A stretch of DNA of 63,984 nt, the filler included, from Lama guanicoe (lineage: Eukaryota): assembly GCA_013239625.1 (NCBI GenBank). It is 81 parts of 77 records of this genome, joined end to end, with 100 filler letters (N's around TTAATTAATTAA, not from the genome) between each part and the next. Parts side by side here need not be neighbours in the genome. Positions count along the whole stretch, not along the records: positions 1 to 1,325 come from MU057014.1; positions 1,426 to 2,208 come from PNXV01024429.1; positions 2,309 to 2,950 come from PNXV01024430.1; positions 3,051 to 3,749 come from PNXV01024432.1; positions 3,850 to 4,312 come from PNXV01024433.1; positions 4,413 to 4,974 come from MU057016.1; positions 5,075 to 6,350 come from MU057017.1; positions 6,451 to 7,055 come from MU057018.1; 73 more parts are not named here. One strand, given 5' to 3'. Under the pieces are notes generated by a model. It saw nothing but the letters and a program-made list of their open reading frames with translations, was not told where the DNA came from and searched no databases. Positions 1 through 12,900 of the stretch are shown piece after piece. The position numbers and the translations under genes were made by a program. The first letter of the stretch is position 1. Every line of letters starts with the position of its first letter.

Positions 1-1325
1 TCTGTTCCCCTGTATTCACAGTCATTCACGCGTCCCTCTGCATTATCTACTCTGCTCAGGACTAAATTTTAGCCCTGATATTATCACATCCATTGAGTTT
101 TCTGATATTATTTGGCTCGTCTTTAGACTTTCTCTTCCCCTTTTCCGGTATTCTGCCTTGTGTGCTTCTGAGACCCTGTTGTACTTCAGTGTTTCCTGAC
201 CTCCATTTTCAAATCTGGTTCTGTTTAGCGTTTTGCATTCTAGATGTTTGAATGCTTATCTTTTGGGCCTTCAATATCTTTGGAACTGAAAATGGTACTT
301 CCTGTTTCTTTTACTGTACTTCTTCATCTCTAATGATCAGATAATATCAGGTATTAAATGTAGACTTCTAGGGCTTGGTTAAGTGAAAATTTTAGACTCT
401 TGGCTCTACGCAATTTAAAGTGATTTCTGTGAGGACAATTTCTCCTAGACATTGATGCCATATTCTATTCCTGTGTGTGTTGTCTGGTATATCTCCAATT
501 GCTGGTGTTGCATTTGTTGTGATGAACAACCCATACTATTTCGATTAGCAAAACTTCATTTTGATTACGCTTATCTCACAATTCTGAAAGTGCGCAGGAC
601 ACTTCCTCTTGTGGAAATGAAGCTTCTAAAGGTTCTNNNNNNNNNNNNNNNNNNNNNNNNNNNNNNNNNNNNNNNNNNNNNNNNNNNNNNNNNNNNNNNN
701 NNNNNNNNNNNNNNNNNNNNNNNNNNNNNNNNNNNNNNNNNNNNNNNNNNNNNNNNNNNNNNNNNNNNNNNNNNNNNNNNNNNNNNNNNNNNNNNNNNNN
801 NNNNNNNNNNNNNNNNNNNNNNNNNNNNNNNNNNNNNNNNNNNNNNNNNNNNNNNNNNNNNNNNNNNNNNNNNNNNNNNNNNNNNNNNNNNNNNNNNNNN
901 NNNNNNNNNNNNNNNNNNNNNNNNNNNNNNNNNNNNNNNNNNNNNNNNNNNNNNNNNNNNNNNNNNNNNNNNNNNNNNNNNNNNCCTCAAACCAAACCAC
1001 AATCCCAGCCCAGATTATGAATGAGGCTGATCCAAAGGCTTTTAATTCTGATTTCAAACACAAGGCCCCCTGGATCCCTCAGAGCAGATGAACGATCGCT
1101 CTGATTCAGCCCCACACATGCTCTATTGGCAAAATGCCAAATTGGTCTCTGGTCCTGCAGATGCACTGGGTGTGGCCATGGGACATATCGGTAATCTCAA
1201 CCGCGTGACCAGTGTGGTTGATTTATCATTCGTACACTGTTTGGTTTGCTCTCTTGATTCGACCCGTCAAATCCCTCAACGCACTCCAGATCGCTGAGAC
1301 TCAGCGTTTGCCATCATCCGTAGCC
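1..1325 (-). repeat. Copy of multicopy decayed-L1-derived long repeat (5'/ORF1 part)
   Basis: 1-60 matches the reverse complement of 56445-56504 at 54/60; ~492-636 matches 37099-37242 and 53649-53729; ~1185-1292 matches 54315-54424. Confidence 0.8.
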
Positions 1326-1425
1326 NNNNNNNNNNNNNNNNNNNNNNNNNNNNNNNNNNNNNNNNNNNNTTAATTAATTAANNNNNNNNNNNNNNNNNNN
1401 NNNNNNNNNNNNNNNNNNNNNNNNN
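1326..1425. other. Artificial scaffold spacer N44-TTAATTAATTAA-N44 (first of 80; last at ~63778-63877)
   Basis: Identical 12-mer with stops in all six frames, flanked by 44 N each side, recurring every 0.4-1.4 kb; flanking sequences unrelated. Confidence 0.98.
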
Positions 1426-1484
1426 CAGAGAAAGGAAAGAGTAGGGGAAGTCAGAGCATTGATTCTTTTATTTTAAATTAATTC

Positions 1485-1628
1485 TTTTTGTTTTTATTTA
1501 TTTGTTTTGTTTTGGGGGTTAGGTAATGAGGTTTATTTATTTATTTTTCGATGGAGGGACTGGGGATTGAACCCAGGACCTCGTGCATGCTAAGCATGTG
1601 CTGTACCCCTGAGCTGTACCCTGCCCCC
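1485..1628 (-). mobile_element. Camelid tRNA-derived SINE (Vic-1-like)
   Basis: Minus strand has A-box-like CAGCTCAGGGG, B box GGTTCAATCCC, (TAAA)n-CCTCATTACC tail and A-rich end; homologous to 13810-13960. Confidence 0.9.
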
Positions 1629-2308
1629 TTGATCATTTAAACAGCTGGGAAATATGAAGGCCGAGTTACTCTATCAGAAGTGGAGGAATTAAGGAAGCAT
1701 TTTGTTATTCAGCTTAACTCTTAGGAATGTTACCCCAGTGACCCTACCAATCTCACATCCTTTGCATCAATTTATACTTCAGGTGATATTAACACTCTAC
1801 ACTATTATTCGTTTTTTAAACTTAATTTTAATTATTCATTTTTTAATCTGGTGTTTTGGAATATACGTAGCAGTCCTAGGAGAGACAGTGGCATGATGCC
1901 AATAAAAGAAAACCTTTTCTGAGATACTGTTTTCTCTATAATAGTAACATAAGAGTTACGAGTCCTATACTCTGAAATTCAAGCTGCCCTTTGGGGGAAG
2001 ATTTCCTAAAAATGCACATAAAAACAGAACTTCATAATAAAGCTGTGGCAATATTGTGATCTGTAATAAACTGCCAAAATAATGATTTGAAAATGTGACT
2101 TTGATACACATTGTATCGTATGTAACTTTGTAGGTAACTTTGAGACACATTGGCAACAGTCAACTGGTACAAAACCTTCATTTTCACAGAAAGGGATACT
2201 AACCACGTNNNNNNNNNNNNNNNNNNNNNNNNNNNNNNNNNNNNNNNNNNNNTTAATTAATTAANNNNNNNNNNNNNNNNNNNNNNNNNNNNNNNNNNNN
2301 NNNNNNNN

Positions 2309-2636
2309 TGGTTGTTGCAAACTTGGTGTATGAATTCTTTGTTGTTATAATCCTTTGCTCTTGCGGCTCTTCACCTGGGTCAGATCCGTGCAAACCTCCA
2401 ACAAGCAAATGTTATTTTCTATTCTGTATCTTGTTATCTTTATACGAATGGAAAAGTGTTAATATCCTTCAAAGTCAGAGCCTTGAGAATAGGGTCTCCT
2501 GTATATTTCAGGATCTTTGCAACATTGTTTCACAAAAGGTGCAGAAACAACATGACTAAGCCTAGGAAACAGGGCACAGGTTTAAAGTCAAAGGAACAGA
2601 TCTAATATGGAGTCAGATTTGTTCTTTCCTATTTCA
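2309..2636 (-). mobile_element. ERV LTR fragment (5' part)
   Basis: Minus strand begins TGAAATAGGAAAGAACAAATCTGACTCCATATTAGATCTG, resembling artiodactyl ERV1 LTR starts. Confidence 0.6.
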
Positions 2637-3050
2637 GTAGTGCCATGGAGAAGGCACTGTGGGCAGCTTTCTGTAGGGTCCTGGAGGCTTTCTCTCTCAG
2701 CCTCTGTGCGCCTCTATTGAAACATCGCTATCTGGCCTGCTGGAAAACCACTCCGCCTGTTTTGCCCTGAAGTTGTGTTCTGTTTATAACTCATCTCTAC
2801 TCCTTGGAAAACAACTCAATAAAAACTCAGTTGGTTTTCCACCAGCCCTGGGCAGGGGTGAGGGATAACATGTTATTATTTTATAAAAACAAATATAAAA
2901 AAGTTTTAAAACAACACTGGGCACATAGGAGAGAGACAATCAATGCTTCCNNNNNNNNNNNNNNNNNNNNNNNNNNNNNNNNNNNNNNNNNNNNTTAATT
3001 AATTAANNNNNNNNNNNNNNNNNNNNNNNNNNNNNNNNNNNNNNNNNNNN

Positions 3051-3749
3051 GAACACTGACAAAAGAATATAGAATACAGAATACAGAACCCAGAATTCAA
3101 AACGTGGATTTCAGAACAGAGAATTTAGAATATAGAATACAGAAAACAGAATAGAGAATGTAGAATAAAGAATGTACCACACAGAATATAAAATATAGAA
3201 TTCAGAATACAGAATATAGAATGTAGAATATAGAAGGTAGAAAAAAAATATAGACTAAAGGTAGAGAATACAGAACCCAGAGCTTAGAACTTGAAATTCA
3301 GAACACACAATTTAGAATATAGAGTACAGGATATAGAATGAAGTTTAGAGCATAGAATTTAGAAAACAGAATATAGAATATAGAAAACAGAACCAAGAAT
3401 ATAGAACATGGAATGCTGAACACAGAGTTTAGTATATAAAATAGAGAATAAACAACCCTGATTTAGGCATGGAATGCAGAACACAATTTAGAATATAGAA
3501 TGCAGAATACAGAATATCGAATGTAGAATATAGAATTTAGGACACAGAATATAGAATACAGAATACAGAACCCAGAATTTAGACAATTGAATGCAGAACA
3601 CAGAATATAGAATATAGAATACAGTATATAGAATGTAGAATATAGAATTTAGAACACAGAATATAGAATACAGAATACAGAACCCAGAATTTAGACAATT
3701 GAATGCAGAACACAGAATATAGAATATAGAATACAGTATATAGAATGTA
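3051..3749 (+). repeat. 7-bp-unit satellite (AGAATAT/AGAATAC/AGAACAC/AGAATTT)
   Basis: Continuous AGAANNN heptamers; near-exact 112-bp (16x7) repeat (AGACAATT at 3581 and 3693). Confidence 0.95.
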
Positions 3750-3849
3750 NNNNNNNNNNNNNNNNNNNNNNNNNNNNNNNNNNNNNNNNNNNNTTAATTA
3801 ATTAANNNNNNNNNNNNNNNNNNNNNNNNNNNNNNNNNNNNNNNNNNNN

Positions 3850-4312
3850 CTCGGAGGCCAGCCCCAGCCCCAGCTACCCCGTCCATGTCCGCAGACCCCG
3901 CCCGCGCAGGACACAGCCCGCCCAGGTGTGGGGACCGGTCGGCGGCCGAGGAGAGGAAGCCTGGGAGGAGAGTTCTCGCAGGCGGGAGAGGGGAAGGGGA
4001 CGCCAGCCACGGACTGAGGGGATCCCGGCTGGGGCGAGAGGCGGCAGGTTCACACCTCAGACAGAGGCGCTGGGGCAGAGGGGCCTGGCCCGAGCAATTC
4101 AGCTGAACACACGTTGACTTGCGCCCTCGCGGGCTGTGACACGCGGACCACCCTCCCCCAGCAGCCTGAACATTTCCGGGGAGCCCCTACCTTGCACTTC
4201 CACAGCCGGTGGTCCCGGCCCAGGGCAGAAGCCAAAGGCCTAACGGGCGACAGAACTGAGAACCCTTTGGGGCCGATCCCCGGCTCTGAGCTGGAGCTTC
4301 CAACCCGCGGTC
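3850..4312. promoter_or_regulatory. CpG-island-like sequence, paralog of 14804-15291
   Basis: GC/CpG-rich; shares GGAGAGGAAGCCTGGGAGGAGAG, GGACTGAGGGGATCCCGGCTG and CCTTGCACTTCCACAGCC with 14804-15291. Confidence 0.65.
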
Positions 4313-4412
4313 NNNNNNNNNNNNNNNNNNNNNNNNNNNNNNNNNNNNNNNNNNNNTTAATTAATTAANNNNNNNNNNNNNNNNNNNNNNNNNNNNNNNN
4401 NNNNNNNNNNNN

Positions 4413-4974
4413 ACTTCCCCGAACAAGGAACACATGTGAATGAAGAGAGCTGCGTGGAGTTTTCTCTCCATCTCCCCGACGCACTAACAATTGTTCCGGA
4501 ATCCTGAGCTTGGGGAGGTTCCACCAAAGGTCGGCAGCGAGTGGGTTCTAAAAGAATTGCAAAGCTCGTCTTCCCTGAGGGTTTTCCTAATGTCTCTGTG
4601 CCAGGGAATGCTAGGGGGGTTTGCAGGAAATCCCAGGGACAGAGGCTGCCTCCCCAAGGTCAGGGAAGNNNNNNNNNNNNNNNNNNNNNNNNNNNNNNNN
4701 NNNNNNNNNNNNNNNNNNNNNNNNNNNNNNNNNNNNNNNNNNNNNNNNNNNNNNNNNNNNNNNNNNNNNNNNNNNNNNNNNNNNNNNNNNNNNNNNNNNN
4801 NNNNNNNNNNNNNNNNNNNNNNNNNNNNNNNNNNNNNNNNNNNNNNNNNNNNNNNNNNNNNNNNNNNNNNNNNNNNNNNNNNNNNNNNNNNNNNNNNNNN
4901 NNNNNNNNCCTGCCTCCCCAAGTTTAGGGAAGGTATTTCTCAGACTTCCCCCAACAGGGAACACCTATGACTGA
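4413..4974 (+). repeat. 267-bp GC-rich satellite
   Basis: Same monomer as 27609-28463 (GAAGAGAGCTGCGTGGAG...TTCCGGAATCCTGAG...CCAGGGAATGCTAGGGGG). Confidence 0.93.
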
Positions 4975-5074
4975 NNNNNNNNNNNNNNNNNNNNNNNNNN
5001 NNNNNNNNNNNNNNNNNNTTAATTAATTAANNNNNNNNNNNNNNNNNNNNNNNNNNNNNNNNNNNNNNNNNNNN

Positions 5075-6350
5075 CGAATGTTGAACACAGAATATAGAAA
5101 ATAGAATAGAGAATATAGAATCCAGAATTTAGAACATGGAAATTAGAACACAGAATTTAAAATATAGGATACACAATACTGACTATCGAACATAGAATAT
5201 AGAATATAGAAATCAGAATATAGATTATAGGATGCAGAATGTAGAATATAGAATAAAGAATATAGAATATATAACACAGAATATAGAATATGGAAAACAG
5301 AATACAGAAACCAAAATTTAGTATATGGAATACAGAACACAGAATTTAGAATATAGAAAACAGAATACTGAATAAAAATTTAGAATATAGAATGTAGAAC
5401 ACAGTAAATAGAATATAGAATAGAGAATATAAAAACCAGAATTTAGAACATGCAATGCAGAACACAGAATATATAATAAAGAATACAGAATACAGAATAT
5501 AGAATTTAGAATATTGAATGTAGAACACAGAATATAGAATATAGAATACGGAATGCAGAATATAGAATATATAATATAGAATGATGAACCCAAAGTATAG
5601 AATAAAGAATAGAAAATTTAGAACTCAGAATTAAGAATATTAAATGTAGAACACACAATTTAGAATATAGAATACAGAATACTGAATATCGAATTTACAA
5701 TATATAATGTAGAACACAGAATATGGAATGATAGATACGGAATGCAGAATATTGAATACAGAATATAGAATGTAGAACACAGAATCTAGAATATACAGTA
5801 TAGAATACTGAATATACAATATAGAATATAGAATGTGGAACACAGAATTTAGAAGACAGAACACAGAATGCTGAATATAGTATTTAGAATATTGAATCTT
5901 GAACACAGNNNNNNNNNNNNNNNNNNNNNNNNNNNNNNNNNNNNNNNNNNNNNNNNNNNNNNNNNNNNNNNNNNNNNNNNNNNNNNNNNNNNNNNNNNNN
6001 NNNNNNNNNNNNNNNNNNNNNNNNNNNNNNNNNNNNNNNNNNNNNNNNNNNNNNNNNNNNNNNNNNNNNNNNNNNNNNNNNNNNNNNNNNNNNNNNNNNN
6101 NNNNNNNNNNNNNNNNNNNNNNNNNNNNNNNNNNNNNNNNNNNNNNNNNNNNNNNNNNNNNNNNNNNNNNNNNNNNNNNNNNNNNNNNNNNNNNNNNNNN
6201 NNNNNNNNNNNNNNNNNNNNNNNNNNNTATGGAATACACGGAATGTAGAATATTGAACACAGAATATAGAATATAGAACACAGAATTTACAATATGGAAA
6301 GCAGAATATAGAAGTCAGAATTTAGAACATGGAATGCAGAACACAGAATT
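5075..6350 (+). repeat. 7-bp-unit AGAATAT satellite
   Basis: Tandem AGAANNN heptamers; internal N gap. Confidence 0.95.
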
Positions 6351-7155
6351 NNNNNNNNNNNNNNNNNNNNNNNNNNNNNNNNNNNNNNNNNNNNTTAATT
6401 AATTAANNNNNNNNNNNNNNNNNNNNNNNNNNNNNNNNNNNNNNNNNNNNCACTTAAAGAAATAATTTAATTAACTTTTCCAAAGAAACATAATCAGACC
6501 TAATTGGATTTTATGCCGATCAAAATATTTGAATCTACAATCTGGATAACTGAAAAATAATTCACACAAAGAATTTGAGAGTTGATGTCAGTAAATTAAG
6601 GTTGAGAAGTACTTGACAAGGAAATCAGAACTTAACCTAGAAGAGTTCGCCCTCCGTAAGAATTCAGTTGAGCACGTGGGTAGTATTTTTTTCTTGGTCC
6701 CTTTTCCCCAAAACTCTTAATCTGTAGAAAATATGTCAAAAGTGAGTCAATAACAAAGCTTGCCTCTGAAACAGGAAGCCCAACAACAAATACTGTCCAG
6801 CTGTCATTGTTTAAGTTGTAGTTTACTTATGAGCAATTGAATCTCATTATTTCAGCCAAATTATGTTTCACTGCAGTGAGAAGCCAAAAAAAGTAGTAAT
6901 TTAAACTGTTTTTTTTTTTTTCCCTTGCACTTCAGACTTCAGTGATATGGAAAAACACTGAGCTTTCAAGAAAACAAAAAATGTCTTTAACCAAGAAAAG
7001 TACCCCAGGAATAATAACTACATCTTGTTGACCTAGAAGATAGGGGAAAAAAAAANNNNNNNNNNNNNNNNNNNNNNNNNNNNNNNNNNNNNNNNNNNNT
7101 TAATTAATTAANNNNNNNNNNNNNNNNNNNNNNNNNNNNNNNNNNNNNNNNNNNN

Positions 7156-8023
7156 CCTGCAACCCGTTCCGTTTGTGCTGGATGAACGAACTTCTCTCCA
7201 CATGTGCAGATCTGGGAGATAACTGTGTGTGAAAGCCGACCTTCACCTAGCTTGAAGGGAACACAAAGTTTCTTTTCAGTTGCAAACCCCACTCCATACA
7301 TATATATTGGGAGGTACAAGCTCCAACTCGGTTTTACAGTGAANNNNNNNNNNNNNNNNNNNNNNNNNNNNNNNNNNNNNNNNNNNNNNNNNNNNNNNNN
7401 NNNNNNNNNNNNNNNNNNNNNNNNNNNNNNNNNNNNNNNNNNNNNNNNNNNNNNNNNNNNNNNNNNNNNNNNNNNNNNNNNNNNNNNNNNNNNNNNNNNN
7501 NNNNNNNNNNCACAAAGTTTTTTTCAGTTGCCAGCACCACTCCATACATATGTATGGGGAGATACAAGCTCCAACACTGTTTTACAGTGAAAACCGCAGG
7601 CACATCAAACCGGGACTAGGAAACAGACAGATAAACCAGAGTAAGTGTTTCTCCTGCAACCCGTTCCCTTTGTGCTGGATGAACGAATGTCTCTCCACAT
7701 GCTCTGTTCTGAGAGATAAGTGTGTGTGAAAGCCGTCCTTTACCTAGCTTGAAGGGAACACAAAGTTTCTTTTCAGTTGCCAACTCTACTCCATACATAT
7801 CTATGGGGAGATACAAGCTCCAACTCTGTTTTACAGTGAAAACCGCAGGCACATCAAACCGGGACTAGGAAACAGACAGATAAACCAGAGTAAGTGTTTC
7901 TCCTGCATCCCGGGCCCATTGTGCTGTATAAACGAATATCTCTCCTCGTGCTGATTTCTGAGAGATAAGTGTGTTGAAAGCCGTGCTTCACCTAGCTTGA
8001 AGGGAACACAAAGTTAATTTCCA
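7156..8023 (+). repeat. ~249-bp satellite (homogeneous layer)
   Basis: GATACAAGCTCC at 7561 and 7810 (249-bp period). Confidence 0.95.
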
Positions 8024-8123
8024 NNNNNNNNNNNNNNNNNNNNNNNNNNNNNNNNNNNNNNNNNNNNTTAATTAATTAANNNNNNNNNNNNNNNNNNNNN
8101 NNNNNNNNNNNNNNNNNNNNNNN

Positions 8124-8450
8124 GCGCTGTTGGCGGGGCCAGTGGACATGGTCCGGGGTGGGATCCGGGTTGTTGTGGCGGCCGAGGAGTTGCTGTGGTG
8201 CCGGGGAGCGGGTTGGGGCGGGGGGGAAAGTGCTGGGGCATAGCCTCGGGCTTTCCTTCCCCTCGGGCGCTGGGGCTGGGGCTGCGAGTCCGGGTAGCCC
8301 TGGGTGGCCGCGGCCTCCCAGAACCCCCGGGAAGGGCAGGCGGAGGACCCATCTTTTATGAAGCGGGGCCTTATCCGGGTTTTGAAGAGTCCCAGAATCA
8401 GATGTTGGAATGGGGTGGTTTATCAGCATTGCTTATCTGCAGGGAAATTT
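8124..8450. promoter_or_regulatory. GC/CpG-rich island-like fragment
   Basis: High GC, many CpG and G-runs; gene not identified. Confidence 0.4.
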
Positions 8451-8781
8451 CAGTTCCATCCAGATGTTGGCTCCTTCGGTAAACCTCAGGAATAAGACAA
8501 GGGTCAGTGCCGATTAGTAGTTATCTAGGGCTTGACTCAAAACAGACTGTGCGGGCTGTAGGGATGGTAGATGGGCCCTCCCTCTCAAGGCTGGCAGACT
8601 TCTGGGATTAAAGGCCCCACTTGAGGATTACACCTCATCTGCAGTAATGGAGGTTGTGGGAAACATTAACACAGAGAAGGGNNNNNNNNNNNNNNNNNNN
8701 NNNNNNNNNNNNNNNNNNNNNNNNNTTAATTAATTAANNNNNNNNNNNNNNNNNNNNNNNNNNNNNNNNNNNNNNNNNNNN

Positions 8782-9715
8782 GAGGTACAAGCTCCAACTC
8801 GGTTTTACAGTGAAAATCGCAGGAACTTCACACCGACACTAGGAAACAGACTGAGAAACCAGAGTAAGCATTTCTCCTGCAACCCGTTCCCTTTGTGCTG
8901 GATGAACGAACGTCTCTCAACATGCTCACTTCTGAGAGATAAGTGTGTGTGAAAGCCGTCCTTCACCTACCTTGAAGGGAACACAAAGATTCTTTTCAGT
9001 TGCAAACTCCATTCCATAAATATATATGGGGAGGTACAAGCTCCAACTCGGTTTTACAGTGAAAACCGCAGGAACTTCAAACCGGCACTAGGAAACAGAC
9101 TGAGAAACGAGAGGAAGGGTTTCTCCTGCATCCCGTTCCCTTTGTGCTGGATGAAAGAACGTCTCTCCACATGCTCAGTTCTGAGAGATAAGTGTGTGTG
9201 AATGCCGTCCTTCACATAGCTTGAAGGGAACTCAAACTTTCTTTTCAGTTGCAAACTCCACTCCATACACATATATAACTCCACTCCATACACATATATA
9301 GGGAGGTACAAGCTCCAACTCTGTTTTACAGTGAAAACCGCAGGAACATCAAACCGGCACTAGGAAACAGACTGAGAAACCAGAGTAAGTGTTTCTCCTG
9401 CAAACAGTTCCATTTGTGCTGGATGAAAGAACGTCTCTCCAACGCTCAGTTCTGAGAGATAAGTGTGTGTGAAAGCCGTCCTTCACCTAGCTTGAAGGGA
9501 ACACAAAGTTTCTGGTTAGTGGCAAACTGCATACCATACATTTATATGGGGAGGTACAAGCTACAACTCAGTTTTACAGGGAATACAGCAGGAAATTCAA
9601 ACCAGAACTAGGAAACAGACTGGGAAACCAATGTAAGTGTTTCTCCTGCAACCCGTTCCCTATTATTTGGATGAACGAACTTCTCTCCACATGCTCAGTT
9701 CTGAGAGATAAGTGT
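8782..9715 (+). repeat. ~249-bp satellite, ~3.7 monomers
   Basis: GAGGTACAAG at 8782, 9031, 9303, 9551 (periods 249, 272, 248). Confidence 0.96.
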
Positions 9716-9815
9716 NNNNNNNNNNNNNNNNNNNNNNNNNNNNNNNNNNNNNNNNNNNNTTAATTAATTAANNNNNNNNNNNNNNNNNNNNNNNNNNNNN
9801 NNNNNNNNNNNNNNN

Positions 9816-10343
9816 AGGTATTTAATAAAATCACATCATTTAACTTAATTTAGCACAACTCTAGCATTTGCAGATAACAAACATTTAGAGATTATATTAA
9901 GCATACATTTTAAAAATATATTTTAAATATTTACCCAAAGCTCTCATCTCATTTGCATTTAATTTACTTGAAATTTTACCACACCACATTAATATTGATT
10001 TTTTTTGACAAATCTGCAACAGATATAACAGGATTTTATTTGACTTTCATTAAACCTAGGTACAGTAAATGTATTATACTTNNNNNNNNNNNNNNNNNNN
10101 NNNTGTTGATGACAGATATCTATATTAATTAAAACATACTTAAACTAAACAATATCAAATATTATCTTAATATTGAATATTTTCCATTTCACGTGATGCT
10201 GAAAGTCAATTTCTTCAGTTTTTATTTTAAAAATATTTAATTTTTAATCTCTTAATTTTTAATGTCAATTAAGCAGAGCTCTATCACTTTGACTTTTTTT
10301 TAGCAGTAGAAATATCTCACCTCTATAATGTGTATGCAGGCTT
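9816..10343. mobile_element. Probable AT-rich ERV internal fragment
   Basis: Resembles AT-rich non-coding internal regions of MER4-group elements; recognition only. Confidence 0.3.
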
Positions 10344-11312
10344 NNNNNNNNNNNNNNNNNNNNNNNNNNNNNNNNNNNNNNNNNNNNTTAATTAATTAAN
10401 NNNNNNNNNNNNNNNNNNNNNNNNNNNNNNNNNNNNNNNNNNNTTATTTCCAGCGAGTGTTGCTTCCGCGTTTTTCTCCCCAAAGCAAAGAAGTGCCCTC
10501 CTTGCCTGGCCATTAGTCTGCAGAGCCCCTTGGCTCACACACTTCCCTGCTCATCAGGAGGCTGATGGAGCCAGTTTGCTTAGACACACTTAGCTACACT
10601 CACAGTGGGGATCATCAGTCTCTTCTGTGTGTTGACCTCCACGTGCAGGGGAGAAAATCGACTTTTGCTGCCGATAAACGCTAATTGACTACCAGATGTT
10701 TCAGAGGGACTGTGATGTTGAAAACTGGTGTCCCTTTCATTTTTATATGTTGGATGTTGACAAATTGCATGGCGACACCCCCATTGTAAGTACACCCACC
10801 AGGGAGGGGGGCGGAGTTTGGGTCTGTGTTATAGTACTCAGATCCTGGCACTGGTCACTTATCAGTGTTCTCGCTGGGATCGGGAGACTGTTTCTGGAGC
10901 AATTTCTTTGGCTTCCAATAAATTTGCACAGCCGTCTCCTTCAGTCGAGTTCTGATGAATTGTGTTGGGAGGGGCATGTGAAATTGGGGCGGGCAGAGAG
11001 GTGCGTTGAAAACTAGCCACCATCTGGTTATCTCTCATTTTTTTGGGCCAAAATACTTGTCTTCTTTTCTTTTCTCCTCNNNNNNNNNNNNNNNNNNNNN
11101 NNNNNNNNNNNNNNNNNNNNNNNTTAATTAATTAANNNNNNNNNNNNNNNNNNNNNNNNNNNNNNNNNNNNNNNNNNNNGTTAATTTATATTTAAAGATA
11201 TTATATTTAAGAAATGGAATAATTATTTACATTTAAATAGGAATTTGTCAAGAAATATTTGATACTGAATGTTTACTATGAGTTCAAGTATGTAAGCTTA
11301 ATTTTTGTGGTA

Positions 11313-11683
11313 CTGTCGATAAACCACAAAACGTGAGAGTTGTTGGTTAAAGTTTATCTGGGGCAAAATGAGGACCAGAGCCCAGGTGACAGCATCTCAG
11401 AGAGCTCGGAGGAACTGCTCTGAAGAGGAGGGGGAGCTCAGAATTATATAAGATTTCAGTGAAGGAGGACGTTCGGTCCAGTACACGTTTAGGCAGAGGC
11501 TGCTGCTAGTCAAGGAGCAGGTGTCTCTGTTAATGATTTTAGTGCTTTTCTAGATAGGAGGAGATACAAGAATTTGGGCTCATAAAACCTCCTGAAAATG
11601 TCTAACTATCTGAAGACTTTTCTGCCCATTTTCCTAGAGCACAGCGTGCCCCATTCCTGATGTCCACACTTAACTACTTTCAG
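11313..11683 (-). mobile_element. ERV1-type LTR fragment
   Basis: Shares AGCTC(G/T)GAGGAACTG and GTTAATGATTTTAGTGCTTTTCTA with 18850-19272. Confidence 0.7.
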
Positions 11684-12344
11684 ANNNNNNNNNNNNNNNN
11701 NNNNNNNNNNNNNNNNNNNNNNNNNNNNTTAATTAATTAANNNNNNNNNNNNNNNNNNNNNNNNNNNNNNNNNNNNNNNNNNNNATTCAGGAATAATAAA
11801 GTCATAATACAAGCCAAGAAATTTAGGGATCGACAAAAGAATCAAAAAATTCGCACTGTAACATATTAAATAAATTTTTACAATATGTAAGATATAGTGC
11901 TAGAGTAAGAAAGTAAGATTGACAGAAATAAATCATGAGCTCAAAAAGAGACTCTAGTGTACATAAGTATTTTTTACAGGTGGGATTTCAAATTAAAAAG
12001 CAAAGTATGAATTNNNNNNNNNNNNNNNNNNNNNNNNNNNNNNNNNNNNNNNNNNNNNNNNNNNNNNNNNNNNNNNNNNNNNNNNNNNNNNNNNNNNNNN
12101 NNNNNNNNNNNNNNNNNNNNNNNNNNNNNNNNNNNNNNNNNNNNNNNNNNNNNNNNNNNNNNNNNNNNNNNNNNNNNNNNNNNNNNNNNNNNNNNNNNNN
12201 NNNNNNNNNNNNNNNNNNNNNNNNNNNNNNNNNNNNNNNNNNNNNNNNNNNNNNNNNNNNNNNNNNNNNNNNNNNNNNNNNNNNNNNNNNNNNNNNNNNN
12301 NNNNNNNNNNNNNNNNNNNNNNNNNNNNNNNNNNNNNNNNNNNN

Positions 12345-12900
12345 AAAAAATGACAAGGGAAAGCTCTGTGATACATGTTGATGAAGACAAGGGGCTAATG
12401 TTCATAATATACATAGAGCTGTCACAAAGCAACAAGAAGCTCCCCCACTTAAATGTTTGCAAAGGACAAAAGGGATCATTCACTTTTTAAAAGTTAGGTG
12501 GCTAATGAGTGAAAAATGCTCAATACCACACTGGTCATAAAGGGCAAACTAAAACAATGGAAATCATTTTGCTCATCATATTGGCAAATATTTGTAAAAG
12601 ATATTCTAGCTAGTGTCCATTTTTGAGACAACAAACTGTGAGCGATCTTTTGGAGGACGACATGTCAATGGATATATAAACCCTGGAAAACGTGTGTACA
12701 CACAGGCTGAACTTCACTTTTAGGAATCGTTTCATTTACAAAAAGAATCAGTTCAAAAAGATGTACTCATCAGAGCATTTACACAGCACTGTTTACATTG
12801 GTGGGAAGAAAAGCTGAAGTGGAATCATACCCAGCGAACTTCATTCCCCACAGAAGGAATTTCTAGATTCACTTGAAAGGATCCTGTGATGTATGAAGTT
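12345..12900 (+). mobile_element. Ancient L1 (L1ME-like) 3' fragment, paralog of 37801-38086
   Basis: Degenerate L1 3' motifs; CTGTGATACATGTTGATGAAGACAAG and AACAAGAAGCTCCC shared with the 37654 scaffold. Confidence 0.55.

Noticed and set aside
452..1063. Long ORFs spanning N gaps (many across the window)
   Set aside because: Length is due to N translated as X.
1370..1381. Regularly recurring TTAATTAATTAA as a CRISPR-like or biological repeat
   Set aside because: Always embedded in exactly 44+44 N; it is an assembly linker.
5143..6281. Hydrophobic YILYS-repeat ORFs (also 25972-26512, 32165-32962, 57414-57785, 59993-60912)
   Set aside because: By-product of the stop-poor strand of the 7-bp satellite.
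10584..10790. Possible exon ending ...LHGDTPI|GTAAGT
   Set aside because: Stops in all three frames from the candidate acceptor and no recognised homolog; BLASTx needed.
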